Shown here: positions 60,201 through 64,000 of the stretch, piece by piece
Numbering within the stretch: position 1 is the stretch's first letter
How the letters are laid out: every line of letters begins with the position of its first letter
NCBI GenBank assembly: GCA_030141605.1
Contig: JAQGDQ010000134.1
Span: 394,816-458,815, forward strand
DNA: 64,000 bases
From: Tubiluchus corallicola
Lineage: Eukaryota; Animalia; Priapulida
Direction: 5' to 3'
Translations under genes and position numbers: made by a program
The notes under the pieces: generated by a model
What the model was told of the DNA's origin: nothing
Seen by the model: only the letters and a program-made list of their open reading frames with translations
The model's database searches: none

Positions 60201-63200
60201 AAATATGCCTAACCAAAAATAGTTCAGGACAGGTTAGATGAGGTTAGGTGCTTAAATTTGCTAACTTCAACATACAAAAACTATTTTCATCAAACATACA
60301 ATTAATCTTTGTAAGCGTAAACAGATTCAAACTTATGTGAAAAACACAATTCACAGACAAAGTGCTTAGGTATGCTAAATCAAAGTTTCTGAGTTCAAAT
60401 TGACTTCTTATTCACAATTTTTTAACAAATAAACTGTAATATTTGCTACTCATTGTGGCTGCTCTGGCTTCAAGGATAGTAGTGAAGCCAGTTAGCCCAG
60501 GGTCTTCAACATGATCAATAACGACCGAGATGGAACCATCCAAGGTGTCAATAAATGCTTGGAGGTCAAAAAGGTGTTTGGTATTCAAACCAGGGTTAAT
60601 GCAAATGTAGCGCATTTGTATTACATTCCAACATTATATTCAATATTTTGTAAATTGCTTATGATTTTTACAATAACAATAAACAGTTTTTCCCTTTGTT
60701 TCCCTGTATTTTATAAGAGATATTCACAGGGGGAAGGACATACAGAACAACAACTTACTGATGTATCGGAGAAGCAGGGTTTGGTATGCAGTTCCCCTCA
60801 CTGATGTATAGGAGAAGCAGGGTTTGGTATGCAGTTCCCCTCACTGTCACTGATGCATATGAGAAGCAGGGTTTGGTATGCAGTTCCCCTCACTGATGTA
60901 TAGGAGAAGCAGTGTTTGGTATGCAGTTCCCCTCACTTATGAGTAGGAGAAGCAGGGTTTGGTATGCAGTTCCCCTTACTGATGTGTACGAGAAGCAGGG
61001 TTTGGTATGCAGTTCCCCTCACTAATATATAGGAGAAGCAGGGTTTGGTATGCAGTTCCCCCTATTGATGTATACGAGAAGCAGGGTTTGGTATGCAGTT
61101 CCCCTCACTGATGTATAGGAGAAGCAGTGTTTGGTATGCAGTTCCCCTCACTTATGAGTAGGAGAAGCAGGGTTTGGTATGCAGTTCCCCTTACTGATGT
61201 ATACGAGAAGCAGGGTTTGGTATGCAGTTCCCCTCACTAATATATAGGAGAAGCAGGGTTTGGTATGCAGTTCCCCTCACTTATGAGTAGGAGAAGCAGG
61301 GTTTGGTATGCAGTTCCCCTTACTGATGTGTACGAGAAGCAGGGTTTGGTATGCAGTTCCCCTCACTAATATATAGGAGAAGCAGGGTTTGGTATGCAGT
61401 TCCCCCTATTGATGTATACGGGAAGTAGGGTTTGGTATGCAGTTCCCCTCACTGATGTATACGAGAAGCAGGGTTTGGTATGCAGTTCCCCTCACTGATG
61501 TGTACAAGCAGCAGGGTTTGGTATGCAGTTCCCCTCACTGATGCATACGAGAAGCAGAGTTTGGTATGCAGTTCCCCTCACTAATGTATATGGAAACTGC
61601 ACATCACTTATAATTATTATTAATATTTATTTTTTTGTACAAGCCTGTGGCTCGATGAGAAATCAAAAATTTCATGAAGGGGTCAATGGTCTAAAAAGTT
61701 TGGGGCTGCCTGACTGTTAGGCCCTTAAAATTTTTCTCTTTTTAGTTTCTTTACATTTTAGTTGATATAATTACTTTACTAACCGTCTGTGGATGAAGCT
61801 TCCCAGTGGCAAGGTTCATAAAATCGGCATCTGAAATGGTGACGGTCACATCTGGTTTTGCTGCAAAAGCAAAATGCTCTTCTGAGCCTTACTCTGACTA
61901 TAGATATATTAAAGGAAGAACCAACCTTTCAACAACATTTATTGCATTTTAATGTGCAATCAAAAATATTGAAATCACAATATAAAATACGTGGATAGGG
62001 CCAGATTGCAGATTTGAATCAAGTTAGTAAGTTAGTAGAGCGGTTGCGGATCGCAATAATGTAGATTTTAATAGCAAATGCGGATTTTCAGTGGACTGCG
62101 GATTTCAAGTTTGCGGACCAAACTTTTTACGGATCAAACTCGATCAAGCTTGAAAATGATCAACCTCGCATAGTAAACAGAAACAAGCGAAAAAAATCTG
62201 CTCATCAATGTTTACTATGCAAGGTTGATCATTTTCAAATAATAATTAAACCTTACCATCTGAGCCAAATGCCACTGAACCATTATCATTTTTCATGTCC
62301 ACTAACCACGTGCCTTCGTTGCCGCTCGGGCCGCCGGTCACTTTAAATGCGTATACACCCTTGACCTTCTTGACTATATTTGCACCATCCTGTATTATTA
62401 AGATTCATGTGATTCAAATTTTTCAAAACTGTCAAAGAAATCTTTAAACAAAGTAACAAAACTCTAAAATAAAAAGTTTATTAACTTCTTTACAAAATTT
62501 GACATTTTAAAGTATTCAGATAAGAATTCGTTAAATTTTCGAGTACAATAGCTATAATAAGCCACTCAAAAGCAAAACCAATAAAATTATTTTTCTGCAA
62601 AGTCCAGAAGTATTTACATTGTGAAAAACAAAACAATTGAACTATAACAGATCACAAATGAAACACCGACAACCCTCTATTTAATTTTAATGATAATCAA
62701 AAAACAACATACGGCTTTTAAATGTTCAGCTATCCGATCGAACACAGGCGCACTTTGAAAACCTGCTGGTGAAGAAGCTGCACTGGTTGCCAGGGTAACC
62801 ATAGTCCTCCTACAAAAAAGACAGATAACAATGAAGGCTTTATGAAGAAAATAAAACACAAACCTCAAATCTCATAAACCTTTTCAATGAAATGTGAGGG
62901 CTGAATTTCCGTAATAAACAACCAAACGGAACCTGTGCCAGTTGAAGTAAAGGCTATTTTATTATGAATACAGTAAACTGATCTAAGCATTTTATCCCTA
63001 TTTTTCATACATAGTGAAGGTAACTGAAAAATAAACATTTGCATTCTAGAAAAATACCAGAAAAATATCTGCATAAGGCAAGTTCCAATGAGAACAATAG
63101 ACGAAATGTGACACTGCAGCATGAAAAGTATTACAAAATTAGAAAAATCAATAAATATGTTTGCCATTTAAGAGAGAAGCATGTTTACCTGCTGTCCGGA

Positions 63201-63339
63201 AAACCCATTCTGTAAAGACCAACTACTACAGCGCCTCCAAGCCCAATATTGTGCTGCAAACCGAGTTTGGCACCTTTAACCTGACGCTTGCCAGCTATGC
63301 CACGTAGTTGCCAACAGAGTTCTGCACACTGTGCTAAAC
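57216..63339 (-). CDS. SCP2: Sterol carrier protein X (SCPx thiolase), 3' part only, with two tandem SCP2 domains and C-terminal PTS1 (AKL); 5' exons lie beyond the window
   Basis: Exons 63339-63189, 62809-62713, 62389-62257, 61860-61784, 59827-59654, 58530-58398, 57769-57693 and 57311-57216 have consistent phases. Thiolase end [14 protein letters not shown]...[19 protein letters not shown], then two copies of [29 protein letters not shown]...D.T.TISD.D...[18 protein letters not shown], ending GKAKL*. Confidence 0.93.
60757..61592. repeat. 43-bp minisatellite, ~19 copies, in an SCPx intron
   Basis: Unit actgatgtataggagaagcagggtttggtatgcagttcccctc, with recurring variants. Confidence 0.96.
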
Positions 63340-64000
63340 CTGAACACAAACTAAATTCATAATACAGATAATTCAAAGAACTAACAAACATAGGAACATC
63401 CTAACCATTTTCTGCTCTAATTCCCATTTTACCAACAAATTCAAACCAAGCATATTTTCCCTTTTAAATTCACTCATTTAGAATAACATCCATATACTAC
63501 ATGTACAATGTTTCTCCCGATTCTAACGATGCTAAAGTATCTGCCATCATTATGTTCATTACACACTTTAATCAACAAGATCAATTTTTCTCTATTCAAC
63601 ACCATAACCTATTATTGTTCATTTGTAGCTGAATAACTAATAATTTTTTCCTTTTTGTGATCGTCTACCTATGAAATTTATAAGTGACATATTTACACAC
63701 TGGCAGGCTTTGATATAGTTTTTTCAGTTAGCCAATCAGTATTTGAGTCGTTAGGTTTGTATTTATTACTAATGCATATGTGATCGTAATGTGATGTGTT
63801 TAAACTAACTATAAACTTTTGAAATATCACTAATAACTATAAAGTCTACTGTACAATAAACATACAGACTGTTGCTATTAGCATAATAAACCTCTCACCA
63901 GCTTATTTCTAATATTACTGAAAACACAGCCTGTGAACTCCATAAAAACTCATAATGTCAAAGCAATAGCTCTAATTCGATTTACTTTAGGCCACATATG

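Noticed and set aside
60412-60615. Coding-looking stretch in an SCPx intron (extra exon or nested gene)
   Set aside because: No recognisable motif, the flanking exons already join in phase, and no convincing splice pair was found.
60757-61592. CRISPR-like look (constant 30-bp core plus variable segment)
   Set aside because: The variable parts are ~13 bp, mutually homologous and recurring. There are no cas genes and the context is a eukaryotic intron.
63890-63960. Next upstream SCPx exon (donor-like g|gtgaga at ~63899)
   Set aside because: It does not encode the expected GHPLGAT thiolase motif; that exon must lie outside the window.

Overview
AT-rich, intron-containing animal genomic DNA. 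The repeat families, the TALE gene type and the PhnZ-like gene suggest a spiralian/lophotrochozoan invertebrate (inference). Exons were joined by hand using GT-AG boundaries and phase. Left to right: (1) a 3-exon PhnZ-like HD-domain diiron protein (-) that keeps all metal ligands but has lost the phosphonate-binding residues; (2) a 2-exon divergent TALE homeobox gene (+) with Arg at the normally invariant Asn51; (3) an intronless TSSK-like Ser/Thr kinase (+) with a degenerate G-loop and HCD in place of HRD; (4) an 11-coding-exon TESK/cdi-type kinase (-), tail-to-tail with (3); (5) a 5956-bp Gypsy-like LTR retrotransposon (-) with identical 208-bp LTRs, non-canonical CG...CG termini and a 3-bp CTA target duplication (Troyka-type); (6) a 910-aa protein (-) joining about 795 aa of Lys/Ser/Asp-rich repeats to a Cys-less rhodanese domain; (7) the 3' part of an SCPx thiolase gene (-) with two tandem SCP2 domains ending in AKL. 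Interspersed are many MITEs (hAT, Harbinger, Tc1/mariner types), SINE/LINE relics, 25-bp and 43-bp minisatellites, microsatellites and a perfect 68-bp palindrome. There is no CRISPR array, rRNA or clear functional tRNA. Family assignments come from motif recognition, not database searches.
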